Positions 8,510 through 16,658 of a stretch of 44,721 bases of DNA are shown here, piece after piece. Source of the stretch: a virus (taxonomy: Duplodnaviria > Caudoviricetes); IMG/VR virus record IMGVR_UViG_3300042363_000536, positions 1 through 44,721 of that record; one strand, written 5' to 3'. Numbering within the stretch: the stretch's first letter is position 1; the number at the start of each line of letters is the position of its first letter. The notes under the pieces were generated by a model. That model saw nothing but the letters and a program-made list of their open reading frames with translations. It had not been told where the DNA came from and did no database searches. The position numbers and the translations under genes are program-made.

Positions 8510-8724
8510 AAGCCACGCTTGAATTTGACCTCCCCGAAGAACAGCAGGAGCACTACGACGCCGTGAACGGGTCAACCTTCAAATACTGCTTGCAAGAGTT
8601 AGACCAAGAACTGCGCGGGTGGCTCAAATACGGACACGAGTTCAAAAGCGCAGACGAAGTTTTGGAGACAGTAAGAAAAACCCTGCACGGGCTCATACAC
8701 GACAATGACCTAGTGCTCGAATAA
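8506..8724 (+). CDS. Conserved phage hypothetical protein (MKATLEFDLPEE)
   Basis: ATGA overlap with the resolvase stop. Confidence 0.75.
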   Translation: MKATLEFDLPEEQQEHYDAVNGSTFKYCLQELDQELRGWLKYGHEFKSADEVLETVRKTLHGLIHDNDLVLE

Positions 8725-8748
8725 ACCACGCAACAACACACAAACAAC

Positions 8749-9039
8749 ATGGACACACACGAACCCCCGAGCCCTGAGACGCTGAAAGCGATCACGGGCG
8801 ACATCATCGACCGCATCTACGCGGTCGGCCTCAAGAAGCACGGCGAACACATCTGGTTCCACAAGGAAACAGTGCGTCACCATACAGACAGAGCCGCACG
8901 TCACATCGCAACAGCGATGATGCGCCGTGACGGAAACGAGTCGCCTGACATCGACGGAGAAGACACCGTGGATCACCTCGAAAGAGCTGTCATCCGTGGC
9001 CTCTTCGCAGTCGTCAAAGTGAAGGAGGGACACCGATGA
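8749..9039 (+). CDS. Divergent dATP/dGTP diphosphohydrolase-domain (DUF5664-like) protein
   Basis: GLKKHG..W...DRAARHI...D.DGE...DHLERA resembles the G.KKYG..NW..A..RH...D.ESG..HLAHA pattern. Confidence 0.45.
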   Translation: MDTHEPPSPETLKAITGDIIDRIYAVGLKKHGEHIWFHKETVRHHTDRAARHIATAMMRRDGNESPDIDGEDTVDHLERAVIRGLFAVVKVKEGHR

Positions 9040-9260
9040 GCTTTGAACAAATCATTGCTGTAAGTGTCGGCCTGATCGCGCTCCCGATCTTCTATTGGTG
9101 GGGCTTCAAGCTGGCCTTCAAAGAAGGCGTTGACGCAGGGATGCGCGAAATGGCGCGTATGCGTCTTGATGAAGAGACAGAATTCGATTGGCTCATGGTG
9201 GAGTATCAAACCGAAATTCTCGAAAAGAGAATGATGCAAAAACTCTATGGAGATGAATGA
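9036..9260 (+). CDS. Small membrane protein
   Basis: N-terminal hydrophobic segment; ATGA coupling. Confidence 0.65.
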   Translation: MSFEQIIAVSVGLIALPIFYWWGFKLAFKEGVDAGMREMARMRLDEETEFDWLMVEYQTEILEKRMMQKLYGDE

Positions 9261-9447
9261 CGCTTTCGAGCATTGGTACAACCGCGAGGGGGTTCGCTTC
9301 TTCACCAAGGAAGGTCACAAGGAGTATATGCGCTTCGCTTACATGGCGGGGCGCGCCGCGCAGGCAAATGATTTCCTTCGCCCGAAGAAAATGCCCGAGC
9401 CGTTTTACCACACCAAGACCAACTACACATACAACTGGAAACGGTGA
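9247..9447 (+). CDS. Hypothetical protein
   Basis: Coupled to neighbours (GTGA overlap with the helicase); start may be 9253. Confidence 0.65.
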   Translation: MEMNDAFEHWYNREGVRFFTKEGHKEYMRFAYMAGRAAQANDFLRPKKMPEPFYHTKTNYTYNWKR

Positions 9448-11897
9448 AGCAGCTCTACACGGTACAGCAGACGCACGTTGAGCGTCTGAGTCATATCCTG
9501 TCGCGTTATGGTTCGGCGCTAGACAGCTCTGAAACAGGATGCGGTAAAACCATTTGCGCGGCTGAGATTGCCAGACTGCACGACGGCATGACTTTTGTGA
9601 TCTGCCCGAAAGCAGTCATCCCGGCATGGCAGCGTGAGTTAAAAGACAGGGGCGTCAAAGCGCATATTGTGAATTACGAAAAAGTTCGCACAGGCAAAAC
9701 CAACATAGGGAGTTGGAGTGCGCGGGGCAAAATGTGGATCTGGAACCTCCCAGCGCGAAGCCTCATTATCTTCGATGAGGCGCACAAATGCGCTGGCATC
9801 GGGACACAAAACAGCAAGCTCCTGATTGAAGCAAAAGACCGCTACAAGGTTTTGATGCTGTCTGCGACGATCGCCAGTTCGCCGCTGCAAATGCGCGCTT
9901 CGGGCTACGTTCTTGGTCTGCACGCGCTTGGTAATTTCTACGCATGGGCGCAGAAGTTCGGCGCAAAGAAAAACCGCTGGAACGGTTTCGATTTCAACGG
10001 CGACACGAAAGCGGTTGCAGAGCTTGGTGCGTCAATGGCGCATCGCGTTTCTCGCATGACGACAAAAGACCTTGCAGACCATTTTACCGAAACTCAAATC
10101 ATCACGGAGCCGTTGGACTTTGGTGAAGGGATTTCAAAAATCTACGCTGAGATGGAAGATGAGTTGGAGGAATTGGCCGAACGCTCGAAAGACGATCCCA
10201 AGGGAGCCGCCGCCAACGCTCTCGTGATCCAGCTCCGCGCCCGCCAACGTGCAGAACTCCTGAAAGTACCTGTCATCGCCGACATGATTGAAGATTACCT
10301 CGCGGAAGGGAAATCAATCGCTGTCTTCGTCAACTTCTCGCAGACGATCGACGCTTTAATGGAGAAAGCCAAAGTCACCTGCGCTAAAATCGACGGGCGG
10401 CAGACGGCCAGTGAACGCGAAAGTGTCATTCAAGCATTCCAGAACGACACGCTTCGCCTCGTAATTTGCAACACGGCTGCCGGGGGCGTCGGCGTCTCGT
10501 TGCACGATGTCACGGGCAAGCATCCCCGGGTCGCCATCATCAGCCCCGACTACGACGAACGTAAAATTATTCAAGCCGTTGGCCGAGTCCACAGGGCGGG
10601 TGGGAAGACACCCAGCCAACAAAGAATCCTCTTCGCCGCTGGCACCATCGAGGAGGCTGTCGAGAAGAGCGTTCGCAAAAAAATCCACAATCTTGAGACC
10701 TTGAACGAAAAAAGTTCTTGCGTCTCTAAGCAAAACACCTACAAAGTGTCGGAACCAACACACCAACACCCGACAAACACAATGCCAACAACGACCGACA
10801 AAAATGCACCCGACCACAGTTCTCGCGTACACGCCGAATATAGTCCAAGCGGCCTCAAGATGTTCGAGGCGTGTGCCAGCTACAAAAAGCGCGAAGGCAC
10901 CAACCCGATCGCGGAGCAAGGCACAAAGATCCACGAAGCCGTTGACAGCGGCGACACGTCGCTCCTCAACGACGAAGAACTCGCCATCGCGCAATACTGC
11001 TTCGACTTTCAAGCTCACATCCGCGCAAGCAAGGGCTCTGCGCCTGTTAAAGAACTTCGGGAAGTCGTTCTCGACATCGCTTGCGGAGATGAGAGCACTT
11101 TTGGAAGCGCCGACCTTATCGAAATCTATGGAGACGGAACAGCCGTTCTCATGGATTGGAAAACTGGTTACGGAGCCGTCGATGACGCCGAAGTCAACAG
11201 CCAAGTCTGGGCTTACACGCTCGGCCTCTTCCAAGCGCACCCCGAAGTCCACACAGTCGAAGCCTACCTTGTCCTCCCCCGCAGACAAGAAATCAGCTCG
11301 GCAACCTTTAAGCGAGCCGACGCCCCTAAGTTGGCTCTCCGCATCGGCACGATCATCAGCCGCGCCAAAGAACTCTCAGGCAAAGAGTTCAACCCAACGG
11401 AAGGCGTCTGCGACTACTGCCAGTTCAAAGGCAGTTGCAAAGCCCTCGCGGGCAAGGCGTTAGTACTCGGTCAGAAGGCAGGATTCGACGTACCCTCCAA
11501 CATCTCTTGGGATGGGTCGCCTGAAGACAAGGCCAAGCTCTTGAAGCTCGCCAACCTTCTGTCTGTCTGGTGCGAAGACACCAAGAAGGAACTTCTCAGG
11601 CAAGCACTCGAAGAGGGTGCAGAGATTCCCGGTTACAGACTTGACCAGCGCAAGACGCCACGCGTCATCGACAACATCACCGCTGGATGGGACGCCATCA
11701 AAACGATGGTCGATCTCGAAGAATTTCTGTCGGCGGCATCGCGTATCAGCGTGCCGACGCTAGAGAAAATTGTCTCGGAGAAAGCCCCCAAAGGCCAAAA
11801 GGCGAAAGCCAAGGAAGCCCTTGAGGACGCTCTTCGTGACGCAAACGCCTTGAAGGAGGAGGGAACGATTCACGTTCTCAAGGCCATCAAGGCATAA
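9444..11897 (+). CDS. SNF2/SF2 helicase fused in frame to a Cas4-like PD-(D/E)XK nuclease (DUF2800-like)
   Basis: SETGCGKT, FDEAHK, LSAT, QAVGRVHRAG; then HAEYSPS, GTKIHE, FGSADLI...MDWKTG, NSQVWAY, CDYCQFKGSC. Confidence 0.88.
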   Translation: MKQLYTVQQTHVERLSHILSRYGSALDSSETGCGKTICAAEIARLHDGMTFVICPKAVIPAWQRELKDRGVKAHIVNYEKVRTGKTNIGSWSARGKMWIWNLPARSLIIFDEAHKCAGIGTQNSKLLIEAKDRYKVLMLSATIASSPLQMRASGYVLGLHALGNFYAWAQKFGAKKNRWNGFDFNGDTKAVAELGASMAHRVSRMTTKDLADHFTETQIITEPLDFGEGISKIYAEMEDELEELAERSKDDPKGAAANALVIQLRARQRAELLKVPVIADMIEDYLAEGKSIAVFVNFSQTIDALMEKAKVTCAKIDGRQTASERESVIQAFQNDTLRLVICNTAAGGVGVSLHDVTGKHPRVAIISPDYDERKIIQAVGRVHRAGGKTPSQQRILFAAGTIEEAVEKSVRKKIHNLETLNEKSSCVSKQNTYKVSEPTHQHPTNTMPTTTDKNAPDHSSRVHAEYSPSGLKMFEACASYKKREGTNPIAEQGTKIHEAVDSGDTSLLNDEELAIAQYCFDFQAHIRASKGSAPVKELREVVLDIACGDESTFGSADLIEIYGDGTAVLMDWKTGYGAVDDAEVNSQVWAYTLGLFQAHPEVHTVEAYLVLPRRQEISSATFKRADAPKLALRIGTIISRAKELSGKEFNPTEGVCDYCQFKGSCKALAGKALVLGQKAGFDVPSNISWDGSPEDKAKLLKLANLLSVWCEDTKKELLRQALEEGAEIPGYRLDQRKTPRVIDNITAGWDAIKTMVDLEEFLSAASRISVPTLEKIVSEKAPKGQKAKAKEALEDALRDANALKEEGTIHVLKAIKA
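10711..10781 (+). promoter_or_regulatory. Internal promoter, operator and CA-rich leader inside the helicase-nuclease ORF
   Basis: AAAGTTCTTGCGT (cf. AAAGTTGTTGACC at the cro promoter), operator CCTACA-AAG-TGTCGG at 10738-10752, CA-rich run ending at in-frame ATG 10782. Confidence 0.7.
10782..11897 (+). CDS. Stand-alone Cas4-like/DUF2800 nuclease from an internal start
   Basis: In-frame ATG after a leader typical of this genome; the nuclease domain begins just after it. Confidence 0.7.
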   Translation: MPTTTDKNAPDHSSRVHAEYSPSGLKMFEACASYKKREGTNPIAEQGTKIHEAVDSGDTSLLNDEELAIAQYCFDFQAHIRASKGSAPVKELREVVLDIACGDESTFGSADLIEIYGDGTAVLMDWKTGYGAVDDAEVNSQVWAYTLGLFQAHPEVHTVEAYLVLPRRQEISSATFKRADAPKLALRIGTIISRAKELSGKEFNPTEGVCDYCQFKGSCKALAGKALVLGQKAGFDVPSNISWDGSPEDKAKLLKLANLLSVWCEDTKKELLRQALEEGAEIPGYRLDQRKTPRVIDNITAGWDAIKTMVDLEEFLSAASRISVPTLEKIVSEKAPKGQKAKAKEALEDALRDANALKEEGTIHVLKAIKA

Positions 11898-11932
11898 CCA
11901 CCAAACACCAAACCCACAAAGCAACAAACATC

Positions 11933-12691
11933 ATGGCAACCATATCATTCGCACCCAGCGCACCAGCAACGGCCCCCGCCGCAGTCATCGCCGAACCCGA
12001 GATCGCCAACAAGGAGATCGCGGTTAAGGAAGTCCAGCCGCTCGCCACGCAGACCACGCCGCCTCCGGCTGGTGTCGAAGGTGAGATCACGGCCAGTGAC
12101 ATCAAGCCGCCCCGCATCAACCTCGTCCAAAAGACAGGCAAGCTCGGTGACGAGTTCACTCCCGGGGCCTTCGTCTACGACAAGGCGTTCCCGATCACAG
12201 ACGGGAAGTCTCACTTCAACGCCACCATCCTTCGCTTCAAGAAATACTACCAGCAGAAGTTGGCCTTCGGCGAAAGCACTGACGCACCCCTGAAGTTCGA
12301 CACCGCCGCTGAAGTCCGCGCCAATGGCGGTCAGGTCAGTCAGTACGACGGCGAGAACTACTATCAGGATGCCGCAGACATCCTCCTTGCCATCGAGGCC
12401 CCCGCCAACGTGGATGAGGAGCACATGGCGTTCTTCCCTTACAACCAAGGTGACAAGAACTACGGGCTCGCAGTCTACACTGTGACCAGCTCGGGTTTCA
12501 CGAGCATTGGTAAGCGCATCATCACCGACGCGACCTTGCTTCTCCGCAATGGTCTGTGGACGGGTCAGTACAAGATCACCAGCGAGCGCCGTACATCGGC
12601 ACAGAATAGCTGGTTCGTTCCTGTGGCGAGCTTTGATAAGAAGCACACGCCAGAGGCCGCAGAGTTCTTCCGCGCAATCGCAGGACTCTAA
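11933..12691 (+). CDS. Putative single-stranded DNA-binding protein
   Basis: SDIKPPRINLVQ motif, aromatic C-terminal NSWFVP; sits between nuclease and polymerase; strong codon bias. Confidence 0.6.
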   Translation: MATISFAPSAPATAPAAVIAEPEIANKEIAVKEVQPLATQTTPPPAGVEGEITASDIKPPRINLVQKTGKLGDEFTPGAFVYDKAFPITDGKSHFNATILRFKKYYQQKLAFGESTDAPLKFDTAAEVRANGGQVSQYDGENYYQDAADILLAIEAPANVDEEHMAFFPYNQGDKNYGLAVYTVTSSGFTSIGKRIITDATLLLRNGLWTGQYKITSERRTSAQNSWFVPVASFDKKHTPEAAEFFRAIAGL

Positions 12692-12700
12692 AAACCATCT

Positions 12701-12790
12701 GAAGAGCCGTCTGCCATAGAGCGTAGGGAGACCCTACGACGGGCTTGTTCATTGTGCCCCGTTGAACAGCAGACGGCTCTTCTCTTTTTT
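12701..12790 (+). ncRNA. Multi-branched structured RNA / terminator-attenuator
   Basis: 14-bp closing stem 12701-12714/12769-12782 enclosing two hairpins, followed by TCTTTTTT. Confidence 0.6.
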
Positions 12791-12799
12791 ACCAAAACC

Positions 12800-12988
12800 A
12801 TGAGTAGCCTAATCACACGCTCCACGCTGAAGCGTCACCTCCTCGAACGAGCCAAGGTACTTCGGCCACACCACCCCTTCACCCGCGTCTCTGAAGAGAC
12901 AATGGTGCATCTGGAAAATCAGCTCCGCTTACTCGCAGACAACTTCATCAAACACCACCCCGCTTGCGGAACCACTCTCAAACCATGA
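12800..12988 (+). CDS. 62-aa basic protein, candidate short histone fold
   Basis: LITRSTLKRHLLE...TRVSEETMVHLENQLRLL...GTTLKP; ATGA-coupled to the polymerase. Confidence 0.55.
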   Translation: MSSLITRSTLKRHLLERAKVLRPHHPFTRVSEETMVHLENQLRLLADNFIKHHPACGTTLKP

Positions 12989-14751
12989 GTCACACCTACG
13001 CAATCGACTTTGAAACATTCTATAGCAAAGACGTGTCGATCAATGAGCAGGGAGTCTACCACTACCTCCGTCACCCCGAGCAAGACATCTACCTCGTCTC
13101 GATCGCTGGCACAGACGGCACCCGGTACGTCGGCCACCCCAAAGACGCTCCGTGGGACACAGTTTGTGCAGGTACCCCGACATGGCTGAGTCACAACACG
13201 GGCTTCGATATGCCTGTCTTCATGCGTTTGCAGGAACTAGGTCATGCACCCGAGTTCCTTCAACTCAGGGATTGGCATGACACGGCAGACCTGACTGCAT
13301 TCCTTGGCTACCCGAGAAGCCTGCGCGAAGCCAGTCTGTACCTACTTGGCATGGAGATCAGCAAAGACACCCGCGACAAGATGAGGGGTCAACGCTGGGA
13401 GAACATGACGCCCGAGTTCCGAGAGGAGACGTTGGTGTATGCCATGAAAGACGCGGAGAACTGTCTGCAAATCTGGCTGGAACATTCCCACAAATGGCCT
13501 TTGGTCGAGCGCGACATCTCCAAGATGACCCGTGAAATGGCCTACCTTGGTGTACCGCTCGACAAGGAGGCGCTGGAAGTGGCTCACGGCAAACTCGCAG
13601 ACGCCGTCTGGCAAGCCGAAGCCCTCGTACCTTGGGCCAAGGAGCACCCGATCCTTTCACCGCTTGCCGTTCAGGCCGAGTGTCTGAAGGTCGGAATCGA
13701 GTTCCCGGGGTCTCTGGCTCAGAACGACCCAGACGCAATCGCTTGGGAAGAGAAGTATGCCGAGCAGTATCCGTGGATCAAAGCTATCCGCAACTACCGC
13801 AAGGCCAACAAGCACCTCGCCACCGTCAAGACCATGCTTTCCCGTCTGCGCGACGACGGGCCGTACAATGGAACTATGGCTTACGGCTTGAAGTATTTCG
13901 GCGCGCATACTGGGCGCGACAGCGGTGACAGCGGTTGGAACGCCCAGAACCTCCCCAAGGGCAAGATTGCTGGCGTTGATCTGCGTTCGTGCATCAAGGC
14001 ACCAGAGGGGCACACGTTTCTGATCGTGGATCTTTCCCAAATCGAACCGCGTGTCCTCCACTGGCTCGCAGACGATCACACCATGCTCAAATACATCCGC
14101 GAGATCCCCGACCTGTACGAGGCGCAGGCCCGAGCTTGGGGTCTGTTCAGCGGAGACGGGCCGTTCAAAGGTACCCCTCAACGCCACCAAATTAAACAAC
14201 TCGCGCTTGGTCTGGGCTATGGCATGGGTGCCAAAAAATTCCAGACAGTCGCCAACGTGTCCGCCCAAGAAGCCGAGCGACTGGTTGCCCTGTACAGGGC
14301 GAAGAATCCCAAGGTGACAAGGCTCTGGAAAGCGTTGGAAGAGAACCTGAGAAAGACAGCCCGCACGACAGGCGATCAACACGCCGAAGTCGCACTGCCG
14401 TCGGGTCGCTCCATCACCTACCGCAACGTGTCCACGGATCACGGCGGCTTGACTGCCGAGATACCGCGCAATGGCAAGATGCTACGTCTTGGCATCTGGG
14501 GCGGCGTCATTACCGAGAACCTTGTGCAAGCCGTCGCACGCGACGTGTTCATGGATCGCTGTGTCGCGCTGTACAATGCAAATCTCAAATGTTGTCTGCG
14601 CGTGCATGACGAAGCAGTCATCGTCGTGCCGCAAGAAACGGCAGAGCGTGATTACAAGCGCGCCGTCGAGATTATGACGGAAGCACCATCTTGGGCGGCA
14701 GGGTTGCCGCTCGCGGCAGAAGGAATGATCTCAACCACCTATACCAAATGA
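12985..14751 (+). CDS. Family A DNA polymerase with 3'-5' exonuclease, Leu762 type
   Basis: IDFET, HNTGFD, YAMKDA; DLSQIEPRVL, RHQIKQLALGLGYG, RVHDE. Confidence 0.95.
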   Translation: MSHTYAIDFETFYSKDVSINEQGVYHYLRHPEQDIYLVSIAGTDGTRYVGHPKDAPWDTVCAGTPTWLSHNTGFDMPVFMRLQELGHAPEFLQLRDWHDTADLTAFLGYPRSLREASLYLLGMEISKDTRDKMRGQRWENMTPEFREETLVYAMKDAENCLQIWLEHSHKWPLVERDISKMTREMAYLGVPLDKEALEVAHGKLADAVWQAEALVPWAKEHPILSPLAVQAECLKVGIEFPGSLAQNDPDAIAWEEKYAEQYPWIKAIRNYRKANKHLATVKTMLSRLRDDGPYNGTMAYGLKYFGAHTGRDSGDSGWNAQNLPKGKIAGVDLRSCIKAPEGHTFLIVDLSQIEPRVLHWLADDHTMLKYIREIPDLYEAQARAWGLFSGDGPFKGTPQRHQIKQLALGLGYGMGAKKFQTVANVSAQEAERLVALYRAKNPKVTRLWKALEENLRKTARTTGDQHAEVALPSGRSITYRNVSTDHGGLTAEIPRNGKMLRLGIWGGVITENLVQAVARDVFMDRCVALYNANLKCCLRVHDEAVIVVPQETAERDYKRAVEIMTEAPSWAAGLPLAAEGMISTTYTK

Positions 14752-14933
14752 GCTACGAACCAAACTACACAAAGAATGCAAAGCCGTGTCCGTTTTGCGG
14801 ACATGAGAAATCCGCATACAACAAAACCCCCGGCGGTAACACTACGTGGGTTGTCTGCTACAAGTGCGAAGCAAACGGGCCTTTTGGGGATAGCGAACGA
14901 TCCGCTCTTTACAGGTGGAACAAAAGAAAATGA
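14748..14933 (+). CDS. Lar-family restriction-alleviation zinc finger
   Basis: KPCPFCG...VVCYKCEANGP...ALYRWNKR. Confidence 0.8.
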   Translation: MSYEPNYTKNAKPCPFCGHEKSAYNKTPGGNTTWVVCYKCEANGPFGDSERSALYRWNKRK

Positions 14934-15118
14934 GCGAACTACCGTCACGCCGATACACCTGCGCTTGCTGCGGAGCCAAGGGGCGCAGGAACAACAAGCC
15001 AGAGGAACGCCTGAAAGATCCTGTTTGCCCACGCTGCATGATCCACGTTGACAACATCGAACGATACGAGGCGCTGGCCGCACTAGGCCACTACGCCAAA
15101 TCCAAACTTACCAAATGA
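14930..15118 (+). CDS. Small zinc-finger protein
   Basis: CACC...CPRC; ATGA coupling on both sides. Confidence 0.65.
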   Translation: MSELPSRRYTCACCGAKGRRNNKPEERLKDPVCPRCMIHVDNIERYEALAALGHYAKSKLTK

Positions 15119-15285
15119 GCTATCGACTAGAAACAGCCGCAAGGGAACTCGTCGATTGGTTTCGCAACAACGTCGGAGACACCGATGATTGGCCCGCCGA
15201 AATGAATTTTGACGACACGGAAACCGCCGAGCATTTTTGCAATCTCCTCAACCGAGTCGAGGCGCTTTTAGACGATCCAGAGTAA
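15115..15285 (+). CDS. 56-aa acidic protein (MSYRLETAARELVDW...)
   Basis: Read manually; ATGA overlap; not in the ORF track. Confidence 0.65.
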   Translation: MSYRLETAARELVDWFRNNVGDTDDWPAEMNFDDTETAEHFCNLLNRVEALLDDPE

Positions 15286-15373
15286 GACAAGGAAAAGTTA
15301 AAAAAACCTCTTGTCTTTTCCCTGCAAATCAACAAAGATCCCAACGTCGGTCAACACAAACCAACAAACACAC

Positions 15374-15556
15374 ATGACAACAATGATGAAATCAGGGCCA
15401 AAGGCCCGCCCAACCTGCGTATTTTGCAAGCGCAAATGCGAAAACGAGTACGGCAACAATCCAGCGCCCTTTGCGAAAGCGGGTGCCCGTTGCTGTAATG
15501 AATGCAACGACTACGTCGTCATCACAGGGCGCATGGCGCTCCTACTCCGCAAATAA
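15374..15556 (+). CDS. Small Cys-rich phage protein
   Basis: CVFC...YGNNPAP...RCCNECN; CA-rich leader. Confidence 0.7.
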   Translation: MTTMMKSGPKARPTCVFCKRKCENEYGNNPAPFAKAGARCCNECNDYVVITGRMALLLRK

Positions 15557-15558
15557 CC

Positions 15559-15744
15559 ATGACCGAAAAACAAAAATGCCCCTGCGGGGGTGACTTCATT
15601 TGGGTCAACCAATGCGGGGCCGCAGTCTGCGATTGCTGTGGCGCTCATCATCGACTAGCGCGCTGCTTTTGCGGATGGTCGAAGGACGGCGGCAACGGGC
15701 GCAAACAACTAGAGGAGATGGGCGAGACCATCGACCCCGAATAA
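15559..15744 (+). CDS. Small Cys-rich protein
   Basis: CPC, CDCC and CFC motifs; tight spacing. Confidence 0.65.
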   Translation: MTEKQKCPCGGDFIWVNQCGAAVCDCCGAHHRLARCFCGWSKDGGNGRKQLEEMGETIDPE

Positions 15745-15764
15745 ATCACACACACACACACACC

Positions 15765-16058
15765 ATGAACGACATCAACATCCACGCATCAACCACCCGC
15801 ACGCACAACAGCGGCACGGGTCACGAAGCCTTCGTCACCACCGTCATCTGCGACAAGGCGCTCTTCAAAAAGGATGACACCAACTGGGAAACAGGGTCGC
15901 CTAATCGCATGATGAAGGATGCCATCAACACGCTTCTCCTCATGCAGACAGGAGCATACGGACAGGACATGGGTTTCTGCGCCGAACGCTACCCGCTCCC
16001 CAACGACGCTGGGTGCTACGTCTACAAGTTTGAATCGCGTTGCGATCATTCAGGCTAA
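15765..16058 (+). CDS. Hypothetical protein
   Basis: (CA)n leader then ATG. Confidence 0.65.
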   Translation: MNDINIHASTTRTHNSGTGHEAFVTTVICDKALFKKDDTNWETGSPNRMMKDAINTLLLMQTGAYGQDMGFCAERYPLPNDAGCYVYKFESRCDHSG

Positions 16059-16153
16059 TGCGACCATCCGTCATCACCGCCGTCATCCTCATTGCCCTGT
16101 ACCTTGTGTCAGGGTGCGTCGCTGGCGGCTGGTACACCCGAGACCTTCCATAA
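16058..16153 (+). CDS. 31-aa putative lipoprotein/membrane peptide
   Basis: MRPSVITAVILIALYLVSGCVAGGWYTRDLP; TAATG coupling; lipobox-like VSGC. Confidence 0.55.
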   Translation: MRPSVITAVILIALYLVSGCVAGGWYTRDLP

Positions 16154-16163
16154 AAACTTTAAC

Positions 16164-16227
16164 CCGCTCACAGGGGATAAACGAACAACCAAAATTGTTT
16201 CGTGGATCGAGTGAACCCTGTGAGCGG
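16164..16227 (+). ncRNA. Long bulged stem-loop element
   Basis: CCGCTCACAGGG (16164-16175) pairs with CCCTGTGAGCGG (16216-16227); inner ACGAACAA/TTGTTTCGT hairpin. Confidence 0.5.
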
Positions 16228-16242
16228 CAACCTTTTAAGAAA

Positions 16243-16473
16243 ATGAACCCCGACACACAAACACCGCCCACTAGGGGACTCCTTTCTGAATGGAAAGACG
16301 GGAAACATCACAAGCAAATCAAATTTGGGTATTGCGGTTCGCAAAACCTGTTTGTGATCGAAGCGCAAATAGGAAGGCGCAACCCAAAGAAAACAACGAT
16401 GGCATTAAGCCCAACGGCAACGCTCGCGTTGTTTGAGATGATGACAAAAGTGATATTTCCCAACCAGAAATGA
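16243..16473 (+). CDS. Hypothetical protein
   Basis: ATG after the stem-loop; ATGA coupling downstream. Confidence 0.65.
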   Translation: MNPDTQTPPTRGLLSEWKDGKHHKQIKFGYCGSQNLFVIEAQIGRRNPKKTTMALSPTATLALFEMMTKVIFPNQK

Positions 16474-16658
16474 ACACCGACACACCACGCACAAAGACGC
16501 CACTGGGGGAATACGTTCCAGCTAATCCTCCCTTGGAGAAGGAGCTTCATTACATCGAACGACGAGGAACATCCCTTCCAGATACCCGCCGATACATAGC
16601 AGATGCCATCCGCTACCTCCGCGACGAGATCGAACAACTCAAGAAAAACCAGAAATGA
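16470..16658 (+). CDS. Hypothetical protein (MNTDTPRT...)
   Basis: ATGA coupling on both sides. Confidence 0.65.
   Translation: MNTDTPRTKTPLGEYVPANPPLEKELHYIERRGTSLPDTRRYIADAIRYLRDEIEQLKKNQK

Noticed and set aside
10782-11897. CRISPR-Cas system suggested by the Cas4-like nuclease
   Set aside because: No repeat-spacer array or other cas genes; this nuclease type is common in phage replication modules.
12699-12790. Hammerhead ribozyme (CTGAAGA precedes the stem)
   Set aside because: No GAAA after the stem, and the CTGAAGA bases are mostly consumed by P1 pairing.
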